Notes: generated from the letters alone by a model not told the origin. A stretch of 64,000 nt of DNA from Planctomycetaceae bacterium (GCA_021372555.1 JAJFUI010000062.1:157-64156), one strand, 5' to 3'; positions 18,601-27,868 are shown, numbered from the stretch's first letter. Numbers and translations: made by a program.

Positions 18601-21177
18601 GGCAACGATGAGGGCTTCCTTGCGCCGATGCGCGCCGAACCGCGTCCGACGTTTGATCCTATTGGCAGCCTGCGAATGAAATTGCCGTTGGATGCCCACG
18701 GGTGCGCATCGCTAAAGCTGTTGGTTGGCTGCGCGGACAGCGTGGAACAAGCCGCCGCTTGGATTAAGCAGTATCTGCATCCGTCCAGCGACAATGCCGC
18801 CAAAGAAGCGTCGGCGCGCCAGCCGCGGATTGGGCACGGCAAGATTCCGCCTGGCACGCCGCAACCTTATTGGGAGTATGCGAATAACGGACGCACGCTG
18901 CGGATTCGCACGCCGTTCACGCCGCGACCGTTCGATCACACGATGTCCAACGCCGTGGGGCACGTGTTGGCGGTGACCAACCGCGGCCTTCACTCCTCGG
19001 CGAGTGTCAATGCTCAGCAGAACCGGATCACGACCGAGTGGGCCGACACGGCGACCGGCGAGTTGCCCTCCGAGGCGTTCTACCTCTACGATCCAGACAA
19101 TGGCGAGTGGTTCTCACCGACCTATCTGCCGTTGCGGGACAAGCAAGCGGAGTACTCGGTCGAGTACGGGGTCGATGGCACGGCGACCTTCCATATGGAG
19201 CGGTCGGACATCACCACAGAGCTCACCGTCTTCGTGCCGCCGAGCGAGCCAGCGGGAGTCTACCGTCTCACGGTCACTAATCGCGGCCGCGAGGTTCGGC
19301 GTCTGCGACTTGGGGCCTATTTCGAAATCGCGCTGGCCGACAATCCGGAGAACGCAGGGCCGCTGGAAATCCATCACGATCAAGCCAGCGGCGCGCTGTT
19401 CTTCGAAAATCCTCGGAACACGTTTCGCTCGGGGCCAGCCTTCGCGGCGATGTCAGTTCGGCCGGAGCGATTCGCCACGCGACGAGGCGAGTTCTTTGGC
19501 CAGGGGCGCTGGGTCGCCCATCCGTCGTTTGTGGAAGACGGGCGGCCGACCGGGACGGAGAGCGACGACCGTCAACCGGTGGCGGCCATGGTGACGACGT
19601 TAGAAATTCCGGCCGGCGGCTCGGCGACGGTTGCCGTCGTGCTCGGTCAAGCCGACGATCGCCGAGCGGGCGAGGCAGTAATCGCCAAGTTTCGCGACGT
19701 CGCGGCCGTCGATGCCAGCTTGGCGGAAACCCGATCTTGGTGGAACGGCTTGATGGGCACCTTGGTCGCCAAGACCTCGGAGCCCTTGTTTGATGGGTAC
19801 TTGGACTGGCTCAAATATCAGGCACTGGCCGAACGAATTTGGGCGCGGAAAGGGTTCTACCAGGCCAGTGGGGCGTTTGGATTCCGCGACCAGTTGCAGG
19901 ATGCCGTGAATTTGATTTGGGTGGATCCGATTCTCGCCCGGCGGCAAATCCTTCTGCACGCGGCCCAGCAATTCCTCGAAGGCGATGTGGTCCACTGGTT
20001 CTTTCGGTTGCAAGACGGCCGAACTGGCTTCGCAAATCGCTCGCACGCCTCGGACAATCTTCTCTGGCTGGCCTGGGGCACAGTCGAGTACGTCCGCATG
20101 ACCGGGGACTATTCGATTCTCGACGAGCGGATCCCGTACCTGTCGGCCGAGACGCCGCTGCCGCCTCTGCCTGAGGGAAAGCACGGGATGGGCCTGTTCC
20201 CGCTTCGCTCGAGGGTCGATGAGCCGCTCTTCGAGCACGTAATGCGAGCCGTCGACTTAGTGCTGGAACGCCGCATGGGCGCCCACGACCTACCGTTGCT
20301 GGGCACCGGCGACTGGAACGACGGCCTCGACGCGATCGGCAGCGAGGGACGTGGCGAGAGCGTCTGGCTGGGGATGTTCCTCAGCTTCATCCTTCAGGAG
20401 CTGCTTGTCCACATCAAGCGGAGGAAGGGGGCTCGGCGGGAAGAAGACTACCGGGCCAGATTGGCCTCGCTTCGTGAGGCTTTGGAGCGGACTTGGCGCG
20501 GCGATCGGTACCTCCGCGCGATCCATGACGATGGCGCCGAAATTGGTGTCGAGGGGAGCGGCACTTGGGAAATCGATGCGTTGACGGCCGCTTGGGCCGT
20601 GATTTCCGGGATGGACCCGGAGCGGAGCCGGGTTGTCTTTGATACGGCGATTCGGATTCTCGAACGTGGCAATGTCGTCCTCCTTGGCTGGCCTGCGCTG
20701 CGGGAGGACTCGAAACCATATCTGGGCCGCAGTTGCCGCTATCCCGAGGGCGTTCGCGAGAATGGCATGTACTGCCACGGGGTCCAATGGCTGGTTAGGG
20801 CCGCCCGGCTGTTGTCGGAGCGTCTGGGCGATCTTGAAGCCGCCCAGCACTATCGCGACACGTCGTTGCGACTTTGGCGCAAGATTTCGCCGCTTGTGCA
20901 TACGGCCCCGGACGAAATTGAAGTCTACGGCGGCCAGCCCAACAAACAGCCGGCCGACATCCTGACCGCGTTCGAGCCGGGACGGATGATTTGGAACGGC
21001 TACACCGGCGCGGCCGGCTGGATGCTGCGAGAGGCGTTCGAGGGGGTGATCGGCGCCACGCTTTCGGACGATCGTGTGCTTTTGCCCTTGGATATGAAAA
21101 TCCCGCGCGGCGACTTGCACGTCCGTACAATACTAAGGGATACCAACGGAAGTCCTCTCCGACGAGCGGAGAGCTGA
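15700..21177 (+). CDS. Giant membrane protein: ~740-aa polytopic N-terminal domain fused to a GH94 (cellobionic/cyclic beta-1,2-glucan synthase C-terminal type) glucan phosphorylase-like module
   Basis: Residues 1-~740 are nearly continuous hydrophobic helices. Residues ~750-1825 contain two successive beta-sandwich-like segments and GH94-type barrel motifs: GAFGFRDQLQDAVNLIWVDP, GDVVHWFFRL, SDNLLWLAWG, LGTGDWNDGLD, RENGMYCHGVQW, YGGQPNKQPADI, YTGAAGWMLREAFEGVIG. Opens with TTG at 15700; the true start is uncertain. Confidence 0.8.
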   Translation: MSSDVHPDPKAGPLAWRLCPTAALLRDLGFGTAAVLTATLALAALRFGAEGVPQRAYIIAAIALAGGLAGQLWKFAATGRAVTLAEATADVLVTGLLAASSSGQSVWQAPAGWQDLTRLSATGATIFLLIYHSANAYRWAAAKRHLGLIAAAILVATPYAFGLLLGLQSQPLAGAIGKLVTFGWVGDSPPLAVAIGRVVLLFAFNEFLVGAACLAAGGRLLASSRAHLFLLAVSAATIAAPWVADLGSGLLPMPAVLQPLAALVATVLSQGPLWALVFTLTGVILDAMRREPPSAASIFRHAMSGLGKGMVFSGVLVAVLLLSNGLAHWSVAVEAYRMSPWLALAVAGAAAWPLAKTVIESFDGSQSFFRRACKAYGSPILYVRGAVIGLGVSYALNTDLSSLDTFHRARFGFLVGALVYAGVSLVGDAVLRLCGRGRIRSWRPYLIEALLGGFVGAGLGFYFDASQTPVVLHKFELYNSFGLKPIPDDFYPLLSKWGHVQLGAYAGGAKLLFNEALKGVIGWGVAAWLFAVNRSLLLAIFQRQTAPIRRMFSREGMAELTDGTVRVLRWGLWMAPIIFTFLRQMAVPTWYNQDGAIHTAFCIVNDVAMQPSQFREWSLRVFTWVLAYDVFRVLIWLDHMGLRVATLVNLSFLGMDRLDEEAARFVRPWATARYIPEGVKRFTTWAPLLIPFYIPAGADWDWAWTHSEAIQQTSRGIFGWLSDMAPAQAVWLAIAAVGGATLVSFIVRRLAVAGGGGMAEGEKLADVTLTNGHYSVTAKASGELRSSLTSPPCDITRRSYEGRAPAGRVLFLAEGSTAWPIIGNCPEELFPRSRIEGDDQAIRIVNRSHEICATVTIRLPEHAQAVTAEIWQVTLENLSSRARLLDVAPYLEWVLAMPAADRGHTQYNRLFIELSYDPELNAVLAWHRLTKKLGILATDRTPQGYLTSRIDFIGRAGTVWLPDCLHRGNDEGFLAPMRAEPRPTFDPIGSLRMKLPLDAHGCASLKLLVGCADSVEQAAAWIKQYLHPSSDNAAKEASARQPRIGHGKIPPGTPQPYWEYANNGRTLRIRTPFTPRPFDHTMSNAVGHVLAVTNRGLHSSASVNAQQNRITTEWADTATGELPSEAFYLYDPDNGEWFSPTYLPLRDKQAEYSVEYGVDGTATFHMERSDITTELTVFVPPSEPAGVYRLTVTNRGREVRRLRLGAYFEIALADNPENAGPLEIHHDQASGALFFENPRNTFRSGPAFAAMSVRPERFATRRGEFFGQGRWVAHPSFVEDGRPTGTESDDRQPVAAMVTTLEIPAGGSATVAVVLGQADDRRAGEAVIAKFRDVAAVDASLAETRSWWNGLMGTLVAKTSEPLFDGYLDWLKYQALAERIWARKGFYQASGAFGFRDQLQDAVNLIWVDPILARRQILLHAAQQFLEGDVVHWFFRLQDGRTGFANRSHASDNLLWLAWGTVEYVRMTGDYSILDERIPYLSAETPLPPLPEGKHGMGLFPLRSRVDEPLFEHVMRAVDLVLERRMGAHDLPLLGTGDWNDGLDAIGSEGRGESVWLGMFLSFILQELLVHIKRRKGARREEDYRARLASLREALERTWRGDRYLRAIHDDGAEIGVEGSGTWEIDALTAAWAVISGMDPERSRVVFDTAIRILERGNVVLLGWPALREDSKPYLGRSCRYPEGVRENGMYCHGVQWLVRAARLLSERLGDLEAAQHYRDTSLRLWRKISPLVHTAPDEIEVYGGQPNKQPADILTAFEPGRMIWNGYTGAAGWMLREAFEGVIGATLSDDRVLLPLDMKIPRGDLHVRTILRDTNGSPLRRAES

Positions 21178-21196
21178 GCCGCGTTCTGGAGGCGAC

Positions 21197-23335
21197 ATGC
21201 GGGCAGCGACTCTGGTTATTGTCACCGTTCTGACTGCGATGGGCACCTGTGGGCTTCAGTTTGGGGCTGGCGGTGGCGCTGCGTATGGTCGCGAGGCGGC
21301 GCCGCGGAAGGGGATTGCGGAGTTCGTGGTCCCCTTTGTCGCCGAGCGCCATCCCCGCATGAACGCGCTGGTGGCCAACGCCTTTGAGTATGTATCGCCC
21401 GGTTCCGGCACCATTGACGCCGCCAGCGGGTATCCGGTCGAAGGCTGGAACCAGGAACCTGGCCGCGGGCTGTTCCTTCGCTCTTTCACACAACTAACCG
21501 CGATTGGCACGTGGATCGACTTGCTCGCGAACATAGTCGGCGGCCGGGCGGACAATCCTTACCTCTCTCGCGAGCAGGCGCTCGACGCGCTGCTGGTGGC
21601 AGTCCGGAGTCTTCGTCACGACCAGCACGATCCTGGTGTGAGTGCCGGCGGTCTTCTGGGCAATTTTCTCGCATTCGATGGCCCTCGACGCGTTGGACCG
21701 CTGGCTGGGGACGTGTCACGTGCCACGATCATTGCCGCGTTTGGCGCCGAAAAGGGAGAGGCCCTCTGGCAGGCGCTAACGAAAAAGGGCTGGCTCGTTG
21801 CTGGCAAGAACGGGCTTCGGGCCGTCATTCAGCGTGGTCCGCACTACGGACGCGACGAGTTCAACGGCCCGCTGAAGGACTTTGCGGACAATGCGACGCG
21901 CGATCGGCTGATGGCGATTCTCGACCGACGGGTGGTCATGGTGGCGTTCGGCGACAATGCGAACCTGTCGACGTCCGTTGCCTGCGCGATCGGCGCACTG
22001 CTGCGTTCGCCGATTCGCGATACGCCCGCGGCGATCGAGCTTCGCGGGGACATGGAGCGATTTCTTGAAGAGCAGCGTTCCGGGTACCAATTCCTCTTCG
22101 ACTCGAAGGCGGGGATGTTCCGGTTTGGGTGGAACGCTTCCAACGGCAAGTTCTTCGGCTGGGAGGACGCAGATGGAAGCTGGAAGGTTGGCCACTCGGA
22201 CTATCTGGTCAACGAGTTTCGCAGCCCGACGATGTTCGTTGTGCTCCGCTACGGCATTCCGAGCACGGCAATCGCGCATCTCGGCGTGAAAGTAAAGCCC
22301 TACGAGTTGATTGACGGTCGGGTGATTTACACGCCGGCGCCCTGGGAGGGCTCCGCATTCCAAGCCTTTGGGCTGAGTCTTCCCATGCGGGGAATGCGCG
22401 ATCCCAGTTGGAATCTGATCCTCAAGGACTTCGTCGACATCGAACTGGACTATGCTACGCGGCACGGCCTGCCGGGATTCCTCTCGGAAGCCTATTCGGG
22501 TCGGGATGCCGAGTACACTGGCGCCATCGGGATTCCTGAAATCACGGTGAGTCCGACTCCTCGGGTCACCGACGCCCCGTCTCTTTATACGCTGGGGGTG
22601 GCTTACGCGGTTGCACCGGACAAGATCGAGGGATTATTGGACGCAAATTGGAAAGTCATCTCACAGTTGTTGACCGACCACGGACCGTGGGAAGGGTACA
22701 ACACCAGCACGCGGGAAGCCATCCGCTTCCAGACCAGCGCACACGTTCTGGCCCTGATACTCGGCGCTTTGAATGCCGCGGCGGACAACATGGCGGCCTA
22801 TCTGGATTCGAAGGGTTTGCAGGGGACATTCGATGCGTTCTATCGAACCGGTCCGGAGATCGACATTCTTGCGGAGACCAAGCCGATCGCCTGGACGCCG
22901 GATCAAAGCGTTGTCCACCTCTCGCGCAACGCCGAAGGACTGCATCTCGAAGGAGACAGCGTCGGGCAGGCCGGAGTAACGTTCGTCTCTCCGGCCCAGC
23001 AGCCAATGAATCTTTCCGGCGGCGTGCTGACTATCGGTTGGAAGGTGCGACGCGTGACGGAAAAAGTATCGCTCCGCATTAATCTGACAACCGCCGTGGG
23101 CAATGGGGCGGCCCGGATTCCGAGCGAGATCTATTTGCGCGAGGGCGACATCGGTGGCAGGGCGGGCCAAGAGGGGCGCATTCAAACAGCCGAGATTCCC
23201 CTGCCCGCCGGGCCCGGGCTGTCGCAAATGCGAGAGATCGCGATCGTTTACAGTAGCAGCGAAGCGAGAGTGCCGCTTGACCTCTCTTTCACCACTCTCC
23301 GGTTCGCTCCTCTGCGATCGGTCGCGGGCAAATGA
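21197..23335 (+). CDS. Signal-anchored protein, possible (alpha/alpha)6 glucoamylase-like / beta-1,2-glucanase-like fold
   Basis: Starts 19 nt after the GH94 gene. N-terminal hydrophobic anchor. The central region (GLPGFLSEAYSGRDAEYTGAIGI, SLYTLGVAYAVAP, GPWEGYNTSTREAIRFQTSAHVLALILGAL) recalls the putative-glucoamylase family often found next to ndvB-type genes. Family assignment is from recollection and not verified. Confidence 0.6.
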   Translation: MRAATLVIVTVLTAMGTCGLQFGAGGGAAYGREAAPRKGIAEFVVPFVAERHPRMNALVANAFEYVSPGSGTIDAASGYPVEGWNQEPGRGLFLRSFTQLTAIGTWIDLLANIVGGRADNPYLSREQALDALLVAVRSLRHDQHDPGVSAGGLLGNFLAFDGPRRVGPLAGDVSRATIIAAFGAEKGEALWQALTKKGWLVAGKNGLRAVIQRGPHYGRDEFNGPLKDFADNATRDRLMAILDRRVVMVAFGDNANLSTSVACAIGALLRSPIRDTPAAIELRGDMERFLEEQRSGYQFLFDSKAGMFRFGWNASNGKFFGWEDADGSWKVGHSDYLVNEFRSPTMFVVLRYGIPSTAIAHLGVKVKPYELIDGRVIYTPAPWEGSAFQAFGLSLPMRGMRDPSWNLILKDFVDIELDYATRHGLPGFLSEAYSGRDAEYTGAIGIPEITVSPTPRVTDAPSLYTLGVAYAVAPDKIEGLLDANWKVISQLLTDHGPWEGYNTSTREAIRFQTSAHVLALILGALNAAADNMAAYLDSKGLQGTFDAFYRTGPEIDILAETKPIAWTPDQSVVHLSRNAEGLHLEGDSVGQAGVTFVSPAQQPMNLSGGVLTIGWKVRRVTEKVSLRINLTTAVGNGAARIPSEIYLREGDIGGRAGQEGRIQTAEIPLPAGPGLSQMREIAIVYSSSEARVPLDLSFTTLRFAPLRSVAGK

Positions 23336-23396
23336 ACGAGTGGGCCGTGGCAAGCTCTGCAGGCGAGTCCGGATGCGTTCTGATGGAGGGCTTCGA

Positions 23397-23852
23397 TCAG
23401 GAGTTCCCGTTTCCTGCCCACGCAACCGCCGATCGCTCGAGAAACTTCGCCTTCGCCGTCGCCTTGAGCTGACCGTCTTGCAGCAGTTCGGCCGCCAATT
23501 CATGGATTGGCTGCGACGAAGCAACCAGTCGTGCCCGCACGACCGCCGGCCTGGCGGTGGCCACGGGATGCCGGAAGCGAATGTTCAACTCGAAGGTAAC
23601 CGCCACCAAACCGTGGGCAAGCAGGCAGTTCGTCATCGCGCCGTCGAGCATCGCGGAAACCACGCCGCCGTGGATGGTGGATGGATAGCCCTGAAACGCC
23701 TGGTCGCAGGAGAACGACGCCTCGACGCTTCGGTCGTCGGCGATGTGGAAGACGAGCCGAAGTCCGTTTGGACTTTCGGGCGAGCACACCACGCAGTTCG
23801 GATGGTGCTCCGCACGAAGCTGCTGATACGTGGGGTCTTGCATGAGCTTCAC
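23397..23852 (-). CDS. PaaI-family hotdog-fold thioesterase
   Basis: IHGGVVSAMLDGAMTNCL core motif, 151 aa. Confidence 0.75.
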   Translation of the reverse strand: MKLMQDPTYQQLRAEHHPNCVVCSPESPNGLRLVFHIADDRSVEASFSCDQAFQGYPSTIHGGVVSAMLDGAMTNCLLAHGLVAVTFELNIRFRHPVATARPAVVRARLVASSQPIHELAAELLQDGQLKATAKAKFLERSAVAWAGNGNS

Positions 23853-24006
23853 TCGAGTGTTGTGTCGGGTGGGAGCCGCCGCATGTCGCCAGTATTATAG
23901 CTGTCCCGGTGGGCGTGCACAGACACGAGACGTTTTCCACGGCGCCTAGGACGCAGCGATTCTCGCTCATCGTCCGATTTCGCCGCAGGCTGCCGGACGG
24001 CAGCGT

Positions 24007-24549
24007 CTACTTCATCTTCGATGGGAGCTTGATCGTCCGGCCGTCCACCGCGAAGACACCTTTCCCGAGGTGATGGATCGTTCGCGGACGCTTGCGGGCC
24101 GGGTCGATCCAAGCCTTGAGCACTTCGAGGATGAAGAAGCAGTATTTGTCGGCCAGCGTGGTGTCGATCACCTTGCATTCGAGATTGGCGTAACATTCGG
24201 CCACCAGCGGCGCCTCGATTTGTGACGCGGGCATCGGTGTCAGACCTAACTTGGCGAACTTGTCTACCTTGCGTCCTGAGCAGTTGCCGCAGGCCACCAC
24301 CTTTGCGGCCATGTCGGCGGTCGGGATGTTGATCCCGCATTGGCCGGTGGCGGTTAGCGTGTCGAAGGTGTAGTTGCGGTTGCTGATCACACAGCCGAAG
24401 ATCGGCGGCTCGAAGTCGATCATCGTCTGCCAGGACATCGCCATGACATTCGGGCGACCATCCCTGGCGGTGGAGACCAGCACGACAGGGCCCGGTTCAA
24501 GCAATCCGTAGACGTTCCGCAACGGAAACGAGCGTTTTTTAGCTGGCAT
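24007..24549 (-). CDS. Flavin reductase-like domain protein
   Basis: PVVLVSTARDGRPNVMAMSWQTMIDFEPP motif. Start set at internal MPAKKRSF (ATG 24549); the ORF extends to 24705. Confidence 0.75.
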   Translation of the reverse strand: MPAKKRSFPLRNVYGLLEPGPVVLVSTARDGRPNVMAMSWQTMIDFEPPIFGCVISNRNYTFDTLTATGQCGINIPTADMAAKVVACGNCSGRKVDKFAKLGLTPMPASQIEAPLVAECYANLECKVIDTTLADKYCFFILEVLKAWIDPARKRPRTIHHLGKGVFAVDGRTIKLPSKMK

Positions 24550-24768
24550 TTTTCGATAATAGAGTTGAGACGTAATGTATCTGTCTGGGCCCCGGCCGTA
24601 GGAATGTCGCTCGCCCCCCGCGACACCCGTCGGACGCATTATATCGCTCGCCGCGTGGCGGAAAGCCCCTGGCAAGAGGGGCACGCCGACCGCCGACTTA
24701 CCCACCTGAGGGGCTGCGGGGTTATGCGAAAAAATGGGGAATAGTTAGGCTGGGATTATTGCGTTTGC

Positions 24769-24796
24769 TATGCGAGTTGCTAGAATAGACACTCGT
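24769..24796 (+). promoter_or_regulatory. Candidate sigma70-type promoter for the PEP-CTERM gene
   Basis: TTGCGT (24769-24774), 16-nt spacer, TAGAAT (24791-24796), about 70 nt upstream of the ATG at 24868. Planctomycetal promoter rules are poorly defined. Confidence 0.3.
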
Positions 24797-24867
24797 TCGT
24801 CTGATCCGAATCTCTCGTTTGACCAAGGGGCCGCGTTACTTTTGCCCACTTTTCTGGAGAACCAAAC

Positions 24868-25539
24868 ATGAACAGACGTCTCGTGCTGGTGGCTGCTTTC
24901 GCCGTCGTCGCTTGTGCGGTGGGCATTGCCTCGTCGGCTAATGCAGAATCGATTTCTGGACCGTTCGCCACGACAACGCCGATCGCGTATTCCGCGACGA
25001 ATTGGACGGGTAGTCTGTCGTTCCCGAAGTTTGATTCCAGCCTCGGAACGCTGACGGAAGTAGACCTGGCTCTTACCGGCGGCATGAAGACTGTGTTGAC
25101 CGTGGAGAACCTCTCGCCGGCCGGGTCAACCGGCCATGCCAACACGCATCTGCAGATCACAGTCCAGGACGCTGACGGCAACCTGATCGCTCCTCAGATT
25201 GATTTTATGTCGCCGTCCTACAACTTCACCTTGGCATCGAACGAAACCCTGACTTCGGGAACGCTCACCAAGTCAGCCTCGTCCTACGATCAGTATTTTG
25301 ACTCGGCTGTGCTTTCGGAGTTCACCGGTCCTGGCACCATTGTGCTGCCGGCTTCAACTTTCGTCGAAGCGATGATCGCCTATAGCGGCGGGAACACTGT
25401 TGCGACGCAGGTAACGCAAGCACAACTGACCGGCACGGTAACGTATCACTACGCCGCCGTTCCAGAGCCGTCGACGTTCGCGCTGTTGTTGGTCGGCGCG
25501 GTTGGGCTTCTGGTCGGTGCACGCCGCTTCCGCGGTTAG
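24868..25539 (+). CDS. PEP-CTERM sorting-signal secreted protein
   Basis: Signal peptide, then a C-terminal VPEPSTFALLLVGAVGLLVGARRFRG (PEP motif, TM helix, basic tail). Confidence 0.85.
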   Translation: MNRRLVLVAAFAVVACAVGIASSANAESISGPFATTTPIAYSATNWTGSLSFPKFDSSLGTLTEVDLALTGGMKTVLTVENLSPAGSTGHANTHLQITVQDADGNLIAPQIDFMSPSYNFTLASNETLTSGTLTKSASSYDQYFDSAVLSEFTGPGTIVLPASTFVEAMIAYSGGNTVATQVTQAQLTGTVTYHYAAVPEPSTFALLLVGAVGLLVGARRFRG

Positions 25540-25563
25540 TGGCTCGTTGAGATTCTGATGCTT

Positions 25564-25601
25564 CGCCCCAGCGGCCCTTGAGACGTCGGCCGCGTGGGGC
25601 G
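25564..25601. terminator. GC-rich hairpin between convergent genes
   Basis: CGCCCCAGCGGCC (25564-25576), an 11-nt loop, then GGCCGCGTGGGGCG (25588-25601). A 13-bp stem with one bulge. Confidence 0.4.
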
Positions 25602-25689
25602 ATGCCATTTATGGGGCGCTCTGTTTGCGATCGCTCGCGGCGAGCCGTGGTTTTAGGGTGATCCGAACAAACAGGGGCCATCGGCCAGA

Positions 25690-26283
25690 TCATCCGCCAC
25701 GTGGCCCGCGGCCCTGCCACGGATTGACGGGCAGCCCGAGCTGAATGCGGCGTTGTTGAAGGGCGGTACGGTACGCTTGGCGTTGTGCCCTTTGCGCAGG
25801 GGAGCTATTGTCGAGCCGCTGATTCGCTCGCTCGCTTCGGGCGGTGGGATTGCTGCTGCGACCGCCGCGTGGTCCGCCGGGGTTGCCCCGGCCGGGCGTT
25901 TGCCCCGCCGACTGTCCGGAAGCGGCTTTCGCTTGCGCTTCGGCGCGGCGTTGCTCCCACTCCTTTCGCCGCTTTTCCATCTCCTGAATGCGTTTGTCCA
26001 ATTCGGCGACGCGCTTCTCCGGAGGAAGGTTGAAGAAGTCGTCGATTTCCTTGTCCGCCTGCCGCTGTCTTTGCTCGCCCCACGCCTGATGAACCTGTCG
26101 GCGTTGGTCCGGGCTAAGCTTTTCCATGGCCTGTCGAATCTCCCGCGTCGGTGGCCCGTTGCCGAGCATGGCTTTGACCGTTTCGACCTGTGGGTCGCGT
26201 CGGTCGCGAAAGCAGGCCCAGACGGCGCCAACCGTCAGGAGGACAAGGATGGCAACCACAATGGCGATGGTCCGCTTGCGCAT
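25690..26283 (-). CDS. Signal-anchored charged coiled-coil protein (contains an LSPDQRRQV LTXXQ-like motif)
   Basis: N-terminal TM (IAIVVAILVLLTVGAVWA), then a Q/R/E-rich helical region and a Gly/Arg-rich tail. Confidence 0.55.
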   Translation of the reverse strand: MRKRTIAIVVAILVLLTVGAVWACFRDRRDPQVETVKAMLGNGPPTREIRQAMEKLSPDQRRQVHQAWGEQRQRQADKEIDDFFNLPPEKRVAELDKRIQEMEKRRKEWEQRRAEAQAKAASGQSAGQTPGRGNPGGPRGGRSSNPTARSERANQRLDNSSPAQRAQRQAYRTALQQRRIQLGLPVNPWQGRGPRGG

Positions 26284-26294
26284 GACAGGGCCTT

Positions 26295-26936
26295 TTATCG
26301 GATGATGTTGTCCACGTGTCCATCGGCGTAAAGGCAGTTCCGTTCGGTCGCCAGCGCGCCTCCATGAGAGTTGAGATCTCGCGCTACCCAGACGTCGGAC
26401 GACGGGCGAGCCGTGCCGCTGGGCGTCAAGAGGAACTGGACCCGCGTCTTGGCCACCAGCCCATGCGTCGCGGCCAAGACGGCCTCGCGAAAGTTGTACT
26501 CATAACTGACGCCGACGACGTCGAAGTAACCGCCGGTCATGAGTTCGCCGGTTGCATCGTCCTTGTGGTCGACGTCGTCTGGACAATGGAAGGCGGCAGC
26601 ATTTCTTTCGATGAACGGGCCCAGTACGTCCGGTAGGCTCTGTGTCACGCCGATGCTCTGCATATCCGAACAGGGGTATGACGCCGCAATCGGGTACTTC
26701 CCGTTGACGCCCTGGCTGTCAACGTACATGTCCATGGCGACGCCGATTTGGTGCAGGTTGTTGCTGCACTGAGTGCGGCGCGCGGCTTCGCGGGCAGCCT
26801 GAACCGCCGGCAGCAAAAGCCCGACGAGCACCGCTATCACCGTGATGACGACGAGCAACTCGACGAGCGTAAAGGCTCGACGGTGCAACGGCGGTATCCT
26901 CCCCGGCACCGGGTGGGACAAAAGTGCGCGAGACAT
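26295..26936 (-). CDS. DUF1559 protein with prepilin-type N-terminal cleavage/methylation domain
   Basis: [47 protein letters not shown] and a C-terminal HGG...YADGHV. This is the hallmark planctomycetal family. Confidence 0.9.
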   Translation of the reverse strand: MSRALLSHPVPGRIPPLHRRAFTLVELLVVITVIAVLVGLLLPAVQAAREAARRTQCSNNLHQIGVAMDMYVDSQGVNGKYPIAASYPCSDMQSIGVTQSLPDVLGPFIERNAAAFHCPDDVDHKDDATGELMTGGYFDVVGVSYEYNFREAVLAATHGLVAKTRVQFLLTPSGTARPSSDVWVARDLNSHGGALATERNCLYADGHVDNIIR

Positions 26937-27091
26937 TGGCTACCCCAAGCGATCAAAGTCTCCTGGTTCAGTACACACGAGCCCGAACCGAACCCGCGGA
27001 AACGTTCTTTCAGCTTTTCGCCACCATCGCGATCCCAGGTGGACCGCATCCGGCGGAGTGTGACTCAGTCGTTTGCGTCTGGTTCGTCGCC

Positions 27092-27868
27092 TTAATCGAT
27101 CCGGCCCGGGGGCGGGACGTCTCGTGGCGCCTTCGGTCGCTGCAAGGCGGACAAGTCCAGCTCGAACGGCTTGCCCTTCAGCTTGTCAAGTTTCTCCCGT
27201 TGCTCTGGCGTGAGGACTTCGAGAGCTTTTTCGAAAGACTCTTTGTGGATTTCCAAAATTTTCTTGCGAAGCTCGACTGCCTTCGCCTTCCGCTCTTCGG
27301 GCGCGGCCTCTTCCAGGGACTTACGCATATCGGCGACCTGCTTCATCGCTTCATCACGGAGCGACTTGATCTTGCCTTGCTGCTCGTCGTTGAGGCCGAG
27401 CAACTGGGCCAACTCGGACGAGCTGAGCGCGGCGACGCCCTCCATCTTCAGACCGATCTGGAGGCGGAGTTGACGGAGCCTATCGAATTGTTCCGGATTG
27501 AGAACCTCGTGAAGGTCCTTCTCGAACTTGGCTAGCTTGGCGAAATAGGCCTTCATTGCCTCGGTGGCCTTGGCCTTGCGTTCTTCCTCGCTCAGCGACT
27601 TCCAGTTGGGGATCTGGACGCGGCCCGTGCCCACTTCCTCTAGCAAGGCCTTCACCTTGTCCGTCTGCTCGTCCGTCAGGTTCAATTCTTTTCGGACCTG
27701 CTCGATCCGCAGCAGCGTCGAGGGGCCGGTGCCGGACATCCTTGGTCCGCTGCGTGCTGCCCCGGCCGCCCGCTCCGGATGGGGGGCGTCTTTTGTTTGG
27801 GCCGATGCCGACAGGGGGAGTGCGGTACCCAATGCCAGGGACAACAATACAACCGGCAATCTCAACAT
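27092..27868 (-). CDS. Periplasmic LTXXQ-repeat protein (Spy/CpxP-like)
   Basis: Signal peptide, then four spaced motifs: LTDEQTDKVKAL, LNPEQFDRLRQL, LNDEQQGKIKSL, LTPEQREKLDKL. Confidence 0.7.
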   Translation of the reverse strand: MLRLPVVLLSLALGTALPLSASAQTKDAPHPERAAGAARSGPRMSGTGPSTLLRIEQVRKELNLTDEQTDKVKALLEEVGTGRVQIPNWKSLSEEERKAKATEAMKAYFAKLAKFEKDLHEVLNPEQFDRLRQLRLQIGLKMEGVAALSSSELAQLLGLNDEQQGKIKSLRDEAMKQVADMRKSLEEAAPEERKAKAVELRKKILEIHKESFEKALEVLTPEQREKLDKLKGKPFELDLSALQRPKAPRDVPPPGRID

